Source of the DNA: a virus | Direction: 5' to 3' (one strand) | Virus record (IMG/VR): IMGVR_UViG_3300034095_001343 | Span: 32,001 to 96,000 of that record | Length of the DNA: 64,000 nucleotides | Shown here: piece by piece, positions 8,511 to 15,560 of the stretch | How the letters are laid out: each line of letters starts with the position of its first letter | Position numbering within the stretch: the stretch's first letter is position 1 | The notes under the pieces: generated by a model | Seen by the model: only the letters and a program-made list of their open reading frames with translations | Database searches by the model: none | Told to the model about the DNA's origin: nothing | Translations under genes and position numbers: made by a program

Positions 8511-9010
8511 CCTATTAATCTTTTTATAAACGTTAATATTGTTTTTCTATATGTAATAATTCCAAGCAATGTAATTAAAAAAGACCAAATAATTAAAGGA
8601 AATTTCCACCAATAGCTTTTATAAATAATTACCGGTTTTTCTACCTGCACTTCTTTTGTTCTATAACGGATCTCAGTATTACCTGGTACATGAACTTTAA
8701 TTGTATCTATTCTAGCTTTAGTTTTTAATCTATTATTCTTTAAATTTAGTTCTAAATTAACAAGCTTTCCCTGAAGACTAAATATTTCTACAATCTTTAC
8801 TTTTCCTAAACTGTCACATTCAAGTAAAGCTTCAATATAGGAACTATCTGCTTTAACATTAACAATAGTATCCTTTATGTAAATACTATCTCTTATAAAT
8901 TCAGTAGTATGTGTTTTACATTCATTACATATTATTTCTCTTTGTTCTTTTGTTATAAAACAAGAAGACAAAAGACTACTACCTATTAATATAATAAGGG
9001 TATTTTTCAT
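8507..9010 (-). CDS. Unimolecular spanin (u-spanin) candidate
   Basis: N-terminal lipoprotein signal (LLSSC), beta-rich middle, and a C-terminal TM helix (FPLIIWSFLITLLGII) followed by basic residues. This is the T1 gp11-type architecture. Confidence 0.7.
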   Translation of the reverse strand: MKNTLIILIGSSLLSSCFITKEQREIICNECKTHTTEFIRDSIYIKDTIVNVKADSSYIEALLECDSLGKVKIVEIFSLQGKLVNLELNLKNNRLKTKARIDTIKVHVPGNTEIRYRTKEVQVEKPVIIYKSYWWKFPLIIWSFLITLLGIITYRKTILTFIKRLIG

Positions 9011-9031
9011 TATTTTAGATACTAAGTTTTA

Positions 9032-9373
9032 TTATACTGTTACAACCTCAATATTATCAGCACCATATATAGGTGTAAGGGTATCCACTACAAACTCAAT
9101 TAACATGGCCTCCGCTGCCTCTGTTTCATATCTTAAAACTGCCAGCTCTCCTGTTAGTGTGGTGTTAAAATCTGATACATTTGGAATGGATGTTTTTCCA
9201 TCTAAAAACGCCTGCTCATTTTGATACAATAGAGTTGCTACTTGGGTGGGGATATACCCATCTTTTTGGCTTTTGTTATCTGTGTATGCCTCGGCAATTA
9301 CTAAGATACTTCCACTTGCTACGACCATACCGCTAGACAAGTTTACTTCTGAATTAATTTTTACTGTTTTCAT
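9032..9373 (-). CDS. Tail-fibre-associated small protein (chaperone or accessory)
   Basis: Acidic 113-aa ORF in the tail fibre cluster. Assignment is by position only. Confidence 0.45.
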   Translation of the reverse strand: MKTVKINSEVNLSSGMVVASGSILVIAEAYTDNKSQKDGYIPTQVATLLYQNEQAFLDGKTSIPNVSDFNTTLTGELAVLRYETEAAEAMLIEFVVDTLTPIYGADNIEVVTV

Positions 9374-9398
9374 TTTTATTTGTTTTTTATTTTTATGA

Positions 9399-9635
9399 TT
9401 ATACTATTTCTGGCAAATTTACTTCAAATTCTGTTGGTTGTCCTAATATTGGAACAAGAGATACATCATACATAATATACCAAAATACAGGCACATTTAA
9501 ACCTGCATATAAGTAATTTGTCCAATGTGTAGTAGTATCACTTTCATTTGCAGGAATACCATGATAAACATCACACGCACTTATAGCATCTTTTGCATCT
9601 TGTTCTGTGTTGTATTTATATCCGTTATATACCAT
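9399..9635 (-). CDS. Tail-fibre-associated small protein
   Basis: Acidic 78-aa ORF overlapping the lectin-like gene. Confidence 0.45.
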   Translation of the reverse strand: MVYNGYKYNTEQDAKDAISACDVYHGIPANESDTTTHWTNYLYAGLNVPVFWYIMYDVSLVPILGQPTEFEVNLPEIV

Positions 9636-10500
9636 AATATGCCCTAATATTATTTACAATGTTTACTTCATTTGATGAATTGTCTCCACTAAACATTACT
9701 ACCTCTTGAATTTGTCCGTCTAAAAAGTCCTGACTGTTATTATTTAATGAACCAAGTCCTAATTTTACTAATGTTGTTCTTGGTGTGCCTGAATAGGTGG
9801 CAGTATTATTCGCTCCACTGTTTAATCCTGCACGTATTTGAGTTCCAACTTTTGATGTTTTAAATACATATTGAGTATTTGCGGAAACTGTTGGGCTATT
9901 TACTGTAGTAAATGAACCTGCTGTATTAAAAAATAAATTTCTTACAACATTTGTAGATCTATAAATATATTGAGCCACTCTACCATTAGGTAAAACTAAG
10001 TCATCTTGGTCTAATATTGAACAATTTAAGGGAGCCGTTGTATTTACTAAACCAACTGCACACGCTAAAAATTCCCCATTTTGTACACTAACCCCTGCAG
10101 ATGTAAGTAATCCTGTACTTGATGCAGATATAAATTGACAAGATGCTAATAGATTTATAGTATTTAAAACTCCTGATATTACAATTTTTGGCTGCTTTAA
10201 TGCAGTAGTTTGTAACACATCATAAGTAGACCCTCCCACCTGCGAATACCACTTTACTACAAATCCATCTGTAGCAGAACAGAATGATAGCAAACTTGCT
10301 GTATCTAAAACATTTGCAACAAAACCTATGTCTGATTCTGCATTATCACTTGAACGTCTTACACGAATTGCCGCTCCTCCATAAGCATTTGTCAACTTTC
10401 TTAAAGAATATGCAGCCGTGCTATTTGGATATAAATCCAATAACAACGGGGTTGCAGGTGTTGCTGAAGTAGCTAATATGCCGTTTATTGCTAATATCAT
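9625..10500 (-). CDS. ConA/LamG-like (arabinofuranosidase-B-like) receptor-binding or tail protein
   Basis: AAYSLRKL...AIRVRRSSDNAE.DIGF...V.KWY.Q...QP.I, with a C-terminal G.IQEVVMF...I..YYGI beta-sandwich signature. Confidence 0.7.
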   Translation of the reverse strand: MILAINGILATSATPATPLLLDLYPNSTAAYSLRKLTNAYGGAAIRVRRSSDNAESDIGFVANVLDTASLLSFCSATDGFVVKWYSQVGGSTYDVLQTTALKQPKIVISGVLNTINLLASCQFISASSTGLLTSAGVSVQNGEFLACAVGLVNTTAPLNCSILDQDDLVLPNGRVAQYIYRSTNVVRNLFFNTAGSFTTVNSPTVSANTQYVFKTSKVGTQIRAGLNSGANNTATYSGTPRTTLVKLGLGSLNNNSQDFLDGQIQEVVMFSGDNSSNEVNIVNNIRAYYGI

Positions 10501-10501
10501 T

Positions 10502-13039
10502 TTATACCGCTATATCTCCAAACAAATACCATTCATTTGTAGCAATCTTAATCAATGTTGCTCCGCTATATTGACCGCTTAATTTCAACTTGCCTCCATT
10601 ACTTCTAATTGTCACCCCACCTGTTGCTACAACTGTTGTCTGTCCTGCACCATATTGTGAGATTAATATCTGTGTGCCTACGCTATATGCAACTGTGCTA
10701 TCCAATGGAACAGTTAAATTGTTTGCACTTCCCACATTCATCTCCACTAATTTATTTGCATCACCAAGAACTAAAGTATATGATGCAGCTTGTCTGTTGG
10801 TAGTAACTAATTTTGTGTCTTCCCACGCAGTACCGTTATAAAAATTATTTGAATTTGTTGTTGTGTTGTATATCTCAAGTCCTGTTGCCGGAGATACTAT
10901 AGCATTTCTTTGGGTTGTAGTCATTCTTGGCATCAAAAACCCTTGTGTGGTACTATCTGCTTGAAGGACTGCACTTGCATTTACTGCCGATGTATTGAAA
11001 TATCCGCCTCCGGTAACACTTTCAAAAGCTCTGTGATCTATTGTGCCGGTTAATGTCGGGTTGTGGTATATTCCCCTAAATATTTTTGTCCCGGTCTGCA
11101 AGTTCATATTAATTGCCGGATTAATCTCGATTTGGTTTACTGTTACGTTAGTTGCAGGTAATACGGCAATATATCCTTGATTTACTTCAACGTGTTTTCT
11201 GGTTCCGGCTGTAATTGCTATTGTATTAACCGTAGTATTTCCAATAGTCACCCAACCAATATTTGCATTTACCGGCTGAATAGCTACACCAGTAGCATTC
11301 CCCTCAATAGTTAATACACTATTGTTAAGAGTAGTTATTGTATTTGGAACAAAAATAGTATTAGTATCTAATCTTAATACACCTGTACTTCCATTATTAA
11401 CTTGAAACCTTGTACCAGCAGGGTGTCCAAAACTACCACCACCAAACTTTACCGCACCATCATCTCTGATTTGCAGCGTATCATTCCCGGCACTATCTGT
11501 ATTGATCTGACTAAAAGTAGCCGTTGTTGTTCCACTTCCTTTAATTAATGTTTGTTGACCAAATCGTTGCCAAGCTGCACCATCATAAATGTCCGTTGTT
11601 TTTGTTGTGGTATTATAGATACTTAACCCGATTGCAGGTGTGGCTATGGCATTTCTTTGTGCCGTTGTCATTCGTGGCATTAAAAAACCTTGTGTAGTGC
11701 TATCTGCTTGCAATACTGCGCTGGCATTTACAGAGGTTGTATTAAAATGCCCTCCTCCGGATGATGATTCAAAGGCTCTGTGGCTTGTTACTCCTGTTAC
11801 TGTTGGATTATGATAAAATCCTCTAACTATTTTTGTCCCAGTACCGGTGGTGAGATTTATTACATTCTCACTTTTTAAGATATTTACTTCAGGATTTGTA
11901 GATACAGCAAAAGCAGTCCAGTTTCTTGTGAATCTTATAAAATTAAATTCTCCACTATAGGGAGCTGTGTTAACTTCTGAACCTCCAAAGTCTATGGTTG
12001 CAGAGTTGGGGTTTCCATTTCTAAAAGTAATACTTCCGGTTGGTTGTAATAGGCCATTCATAGAGCGCAAAACTGCACTATCTCCAAAAACACAATCACT
12101 TTGCGAAACTGCCAAACATACGTTGTCTGCTTGGTCTTTTACTTGAAATCTGACACTGAAGCTAAGGGCTCCATTAGGCCCAACAAATGCTGTCCCATCA
12201 TCTCGAACGGAAAACTGCAAAACATTAGAGCTATTGGTTATTATTTGACTAAATGTCGCTGATGTTGCTCCACTGCCTTTTATATTTAATTTTGCAGCTC
12301 CTCCAACAGCTACTCCAATACTCATTCTGGTGTTTGCGGTGTCAAATTGTAAAAGACTATTTTTTGCCAGCTGAATTGCAGAATCTACAAAGAGCATATC
12401 TCCGGAGGCTGCTCCAGATACTGCGTCTCCTATGGCTATCCCTCCAACACTTGATGAAGCAATGGTTATAATTCCATCTGCTGACGTTCCCGTAGTTGTT
12501 AATGTTATTCCACTACCTTCTACTAATTTTACACTTCCACCTGTTGCAGATAAAGTTGCTGTATGTGAAGTTGCATCTGATGTGTTAGCTAAGGTCTGAT
12601 TTCCGCTATTTGTTCCGCTTGTATTGCCTATTACTGTTAATTGTGCATCTGTTACATAGTTCTTATTAGTACTTGCTGCTATATCTGCTGTGGTTGCATC
12701 TGCACCTGCTGTTACAAGTCCTTTGGCATCATAGGTTATCTTGGTCTTTGTTGCACCCGTGATAGCTGCATTTTCATCAACCTTGCTATCTAATGCACTT
12801 TGTAAATCGGTTTGTAATGAAAGTGTACCCGTAATGCTACCCCATGTAAGAGAAGTAGAGCTTGCAATCCAAGTTTTAAGAGTTTTTAAACTCATTATAA
12901 ATGGTTGCATTCTGGGATTTGGCTTTAAAGCCTCTTGCGGATTATCAAAAGCAGCTAAAATGATATAATCATCATTTTTTGGAGACTTTGTTTGTTTTCT
13001 TTTAAGTAACCCTAATATGTCTTGAAGTACAGTATTCAT
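10502..13039 (-). CDS. Tail fibre protein with internal ~245-aa duplication
   Basis: WGSITGTLSLQTDLQSAL and TKITYDAKGLVT fibre motifs, two copies of SAVLQADSTTQGFLMPRMTT.QRNAI, and a C-terminal YTLVLGDA...LTVP...GTQI...Q.GAG...W.L.GD domain. Confidence 0.8.
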   Translation of the reverse strand: MNTVLQDILGLLKRKQTKSPKNDDYIILAAFDNPQEALKPNPRMQPFIMSLKTLKTWIASSTSLTWGSITGTLSLQTDLQSALDSKVDENAAITGATKTKITYDAKGLVTAGADATTADIAASTNKNYVTDAQLTVIGNTSGTNSGNQTLANTSDATSHTATLSATGGSVKLVEGSGITLTTTGTSADGIITIASSSVGGIAIGDAVSGAASGDMLFVDSAIQLAKNSLLQFDTANTRMSIGVAVGGAAKLNIKGSGATSATFSQIITNSSNVLQFSVRDDGTAFVGPNGALSFSVRFQVKDQADNVCLAVSQSDCVFGDSAVLRSMNGLLQPTGSITFRNGNPNSATIDFGGSEVNTAPYSGEFNFIRFTRNWTAFAVSTNPEVNILKSENVINLTTGTGTKIVRGFYHNPTVTGVTSHRAFESSSGGGHFNTTSVNASAVLQADSTTQGFLMPRMTTAQRNAIATPAIGLSIYNTTTKTTDIYDGAAWQRFGQQTLIKGSGTTTATFSQINTDSAGNDTLQIRDDGAVKFGGGSFGHPAGTRFQVNNGSTGVLRLDTNTIFVPNTITTLNNSVLTIEGNATGVAIQPVNANIGWVTIGNTTVNTIAITAGTRKHVEVNQGYIAVLPATNVTVNQIEINPAINMNLQTGTKIFRGIYHNPTLTGTIDHRAFESVTGGGYFNTSAVNASAVLQADSTTQGFLMPRMTTTQRNAIVSPATGLEIYNTTTNSNNFYNGTAWEDTKLVTTNRQAASYTLVLGDANKLVEMNVGSANNLTVPLDSTVAYSVGTQILISQYGAGQTTVVATGGVTIRSNGGKLKLSGQYSGATLIKIATNEWYLFGDIAV
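10820..12290 (-). repeat. Diverged tandem duplication within the tail fibre gene (approximate bounds)
   Basis: Units run from IKGSG.T.ATFSQI..RDDG to RG.YHNPT.TG...HRAFES..GG..FNT...SAVLQADSTTQGFLMPRMTT. DNA similarity is visible at ~10905-10985 versus ~11655-11735. Confidence 0.75.
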
Positions 13040-13040
13040 T

Positions 13041-13358
13041 TTAATAACTATTTAAAGTGGATCTTTTCCAGGTATTTAATGCTACGCAAATATAAATAAA
13101 ATTTGCATCAATTTTAATATCTCCTGGTTGTCCAGAAGATGTTGATATACTAACAGTGCCTTGTGAAATCTTTGTAGAAGGAATGGCAGCTATATCAGAA
13201 AGCTTAGCTAAACGTACACTTCTATAAGGAACTGGTGAAGCAACACCTACCATATCAGGTTCTTCATGAACTCCAACCACAAAAACATCATTGGCTTTAA
13301 GTTCTTTAACGTATTGCTTCTTTTTTAATAATAAAAGTATATCTGTTAAAATATTCAT
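13041..13358 (-). CDS. Short tail-fibre-like protein
   Basis: N-terminus MNILTDILLLLKKKQ resembles the 845-aa fibre N-terminus. Ends with the fibre-tip-like GQPGDIKIDANFIYICVALNTWKR. Confidence 0.6.
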   Translation of the reverse strand: MNILTDILLLLKKKQYVKELKANDVFVVGVHEEPDMVGVASPVPYRSVRLAKLSDIAAIPSTKISQGTVSISTSSGQPGDIKIDANFIYICVALNTWKRSTLNSY

Positions 13359-13660
13359 TTCTTATAACCATTTATTCTAGAAGGCATGCTACCACCAATT
13401 TGTTTCTTTTTTAAGTTTTTCATATCACCACCACACTTATAACAAGGTTTTGGCATATTACCTCCCATTCTCATCTTCTCTACAAAATCTTCCGACATGT
13501 CAATGGTACCACCCATTTGCATAAGTTTACCAAGAAACTTTTCACCTCCCATTTTCTTAAAGCCCATTTTATTACGGACTTCAGTTGGAAGTTTGCCTAA
13601 GCTTTTTTCTTTTCCAGTAGGAACATTTTTAAGTTCCGAACCCATTTTGTATTTTTTCAT
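13355..13660 (-). CDS. Small Lys/Met/Gly-rich protein made of repeated xxxGG motifs
   Basis: FKKMGG, LMQMGG, KMRMGG, CYKCGG, KKQIGG, plus KYKMGS near the N-terminus. Confidence 0.7.
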   Translation of the reverse strand: MKKYKMGSELKNVPTGKEKSLGKLPTEVRNKMGFKKMGGEKFLGKLMQMGGTIDMSEDFVEKMRMGGNMPKPCYKCGGDMKNLKKKQIGGSMPSRINGYKK

Positions 13661-13670
13661 TGTTTTGATT

Positions 13671-13820
13671 TTAATATATATCTAAGGTCAAAGTTATAAA
13701 TAATAAATAAAATGTCAAAGTAAAAAATGGTTGTTCTTCAGTTGGATTAACTGTATCCCACCCTAAAGCAAATCTATCATGAGGCCAATGAAAAGCTATT
13801 TCTAAAATAAAATTTGTCAT
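13671..13820 (-). CDS. 49-aa hydrophobic beta-rich protein
   Basis: MTNFILEIAFHWPHDRFALGWDTVNPTEEQPFFTLTFYLLFITLTLDIY fills the gap exactly. Not in the ORF track. Confidence 0.6.
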   Translation of the reverse strand: MTNFILEIAFHWPHDRFALGWDTVNPTEEQPFFTLTFYLLFITLTLDIY

Positions 13821-13823
13821 AAA

Positions 13824-13973
13824 TTATCTACCTTGACTTCTATAAGGTTTTTTATAGAGTTTACTATTTTTATTCTTACTATTTTTTGTTTTACTATGAA
13901 CACCAGGTCTGGAAATCTTTGGACGTGTCTTAAAAGTAACAGAACCTAATGATGATTTTTTACTTGCTGCCAT
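13824..13973 (-). CDS. 49-aa basic protein ending KKPYRSQGR
   Basis: MAASKKSSLGSVTFKTRPKISRPGVHSKTKNSKNKNSKLYKKPYRSQGR. The RPGxHSK...YxxQG ending is common in small phage late proteins. Not in the ORF track. Confidence 0.7.
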   Translation of the reverse strand: MAASKKSSLGSVTFKTRPKISRPGVHSKTKNSKNKNSKLYKKPYRSQGR

Positions 13974-13975
13974 TT

Positions 13976-14176
13976 TTATTTTCTTTTAATATTTTTCCAC
14001 ATAGCAGCTGCAGCCACTTTTTTTCCTGCCTCTTCTGATCCATATTTCTTAGATGCTTTGGCTGCAATTTTTTCAAAGGTCTTACCTTTTTTACCAATAT
14101 CTTTACCAGCTCTAGCAGCTTTAGCAACACTACTTCTTTGTGATTTAGTAGTTCCTGAAGATGGTTTATTTTTCAT
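13976..14176 (-). CDS. Small Lys/Ala-rich basic protein
   Basis: KAARAGKDIGKKGKTF.KIA..A...YGS.EAGKKVAAAAMWK. Confidence 0.7.
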   Translation of the reverse strand: MKNKPSSGTTKSQRSSVAKAARAGKDIGKKGKTFEKIAAKASKKYGSEEAGKKVAAAAMWKNIKRK

Positions 14177-14182
14177 ATTATA

Positions 14183-14431
14183 TTAAATTTTAGGTTTTCT
14201 ACCTTTCCGTTTTTCTCCTTTAAGACTGTTACCAACATCTTCCAACTGAGTACCAACTTCTTTAAGAGTTTTTTTTACATCTTCTAATTCAACAGTAACA
14301 GCTTTAGTTCTAGCTTTAACTTCATTAGTTACACTAATAGCTTTTTCATCAATAGTTGTTTTAGACCAAATCCAGTTCCATCCTTTTTGTAAGGAGAATG
14401 TCCAAATAGCATGTAAGACTTTTTTAATCAT
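14183..14431 (-). CDS. Hypothetical protein (Trp-rich amphipathic N-terminus, coiled coil, basic tail)
   Basis: Likely start ATG 14431 (MIKKVLHAIW). Ends GEKRKGRKPKI. Confidence 0.6.
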   Translation of the reverse strand: MIKKVLHAIWTFSLQKGWNWIWSKTTIDEKAISVTNEVKARTKAVTVELEDVKKTLKEVGTQLEDVGNSLKGEKRKGRKPKI

Positions 14432-14452
14432 TATGAATTGTTTTATATAATC

Positions 14453-14461
14453 AATATACAA
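14453..14461 (-). promoter_or_regulatory. Putative late promoter motif TTGTATATT
   Basis: 21 nt upstream of ATG 14431. Same motif found at 15202, 47913 and 59374. Confidence 0.45.
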
Positions 14462-14482
14462 AAAATTTTGAAAAAAATCAAA

Positions 14483-14797
14483 CTAAATATTTTTAAGCCT
14501 CTCGTTTTCTTTTTCTAAAAAAGTAACCTTAACACGTAGTTCACTTATTTCCCTTGTTAAAGAAAGAATCTGATTTCTCATTTCATCTTTCTCTTCAGAG
14601 CTTTGCTGCAGAAGTTGTTCAAGTCTTTTCACTCTATCTCTTAAATCATCCCTATACATATTATGATCATTTTTTTGATCTTCTGTATTCTTTGCTTTTA
14701 ATTTCATTTTTACTTCATAGAATTTCCAAGCTCCTGCTGAAAATAAGACTGTTACTATTGTAACAATAACGGTTGTAATACTATCTAGGGTAGCCAT
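14483..14797 (-). CDS. Single-TM plus coiled-coil membrane protein (holin- or i-spanin-like)
   Basis: N-terminal TM helix followed by a long heptad coiled coil. Confidence 0.55.
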   Translation of the reverse strand: MATLDSITTVIVTIVTVLFSAGAWKFYEVKMKLKAKNTEDQKNDHNMYRDDLRDRVKRLEQLLQQSSEEKDEMRNQILSLTREISELRVKVTFLEKENERLKNI

Positions 14798-15165
14798 TCT
14801 TTATATTTTAAATAATAATGATTACTTAATCTTTTTAAATTAAAAAATGCACTTATTGATACAAGAACCCATCCCCAATGTGTAGGATCTTTAGGTAATT
14901 TACCAATAAGAAAATAATATGTAATTACGACTATTGAAAATAAAAAGACACCTAAACCAAGTGTCTTTCTTATTTTAATAGTGTGTAAACAGGCACCTTT
15001 AATGGATGCAAAACCTATTAAAACACTAGGAATGATAAGCCAAAGATTAAAGTTACAATCTAATGTATGTACAATTGGAAAAAATATTAACCATATAATA
15101 CCCTGAGTGATTTCAGTTGGCTCAGAGTCATAATAAGTTAATATTGTACGTAATCTTGATAACAT
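14785..15165 (-). CDS. Multi-TM membrane protein (about 4 helices)
   Basis: Hydrophobic segments throughout. Overlaps the TM/coiled-coil gene. Confidence 0.6.
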   Translation of the reverse strand: MLSRLRTILTYYDSEPTEITQGIIWLIFFPIVHTLDCNFNLWLIIPSVLIGFASIKGACLHTIKIRKTLGLGVFLFSIVVITYYFLIGKLPKDPTHWGWVLVSISAFFNLKRLSNHYYLKYKEWLP

Positions 15166-15201
15166 TTGACTTAAATTACTTGTGTAATTTATTTATACTA
15201 T

Positions 15202-15210
15202 AATATACAA
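15202..15210 (-). promoter_or_regulatory. Putative late promoter motif TTGTATATT
   Basis: TTTGTATATTATAG on the minus strand in the divergent intergenic gap, where a promoter is needed for the 15165-5405 minus-strand genes. Confidence 0.55.
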
Positions 15211-15252
15211 ATAAATTATTTCTCTTCATACAAAAAACCCCATTAAAATTTT

Positions 15253-15260
15253 TAAATTTG
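15253..15260 (+). promoter_or_regulatory. Bacteroidota-type -7 element TAnnTTTG at the head of the RNR island
   Basis: TAAATTTG lies 5 nt before ATG 15266, implying a near-leaderless transcript. Confidence 0.45.
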
Positions 15261-15265
15261 CAATT

Positions 15266-15460
15266 ATGAATAAAGTTGACAAAGTAATGTTTGACCATAA
15301 AGTTGATGTTACATTTTTACCAAAGGAACCCCTTTTTGGAATTAAGGGTATAAACTGTGAGGTCTTATGCATCGATGATGTTTATAGACCTGTTTACGGA
15401 TTTGAAATAGGATTACTTTTTTTTAAATTTTCTTATGTACATCTTTTTTGGAAAGATTAG
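15266..15460 (+). CDS. Small hypothetical protein
   Basis: 64-aa ORF ending FEIGLLFFKFSYVHLFWKD. Confidence 0.55.
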   Translation: MNKVDKVMFDHKVDVTFLPKEPLFGIKGINCEVLCIDDVYRPVYGFEIGLLFFKFSYVHLFWKD

Positions 15461-15492
15461 ATGAAAAGATAAAAAAAATTATTAAATTCAAT

Positions 15493-15538
15493 AAAGAGCT
15501 GTGCAATTCTGTAAGGATATACTGCACAGCTCTTTTTT
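15493..15538 (+). terminator. Intrinsic-terminator-like hairpin just upstream of nrdB
   Basis: Perfect 13-bp inverted repeat AAAGAGCTGTGCA (15493-15505)/TGCACAGCTCTTT (15523-15535) running into a T-tract. Confidence 0.65.
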
Positions 15539-15560
15539 ATATAGAAACAATAAAACAAAT

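Noticed and set aside
10502-13039. Diversity-generating retroelement template/variable repeat pair in the tail fibre
   Set aside because: Both repeats are in-frame coding, differences are not adenine-specific, and no reverse transcriptase is present in the window.
15501-15560. GTG-initiated 20-aa N-terminal extension of NrdB
   Set aside because: It lies within the hairpin. NrdB similarity starts at MKANIF (ATG 15561), which has an A-rich initiation context.
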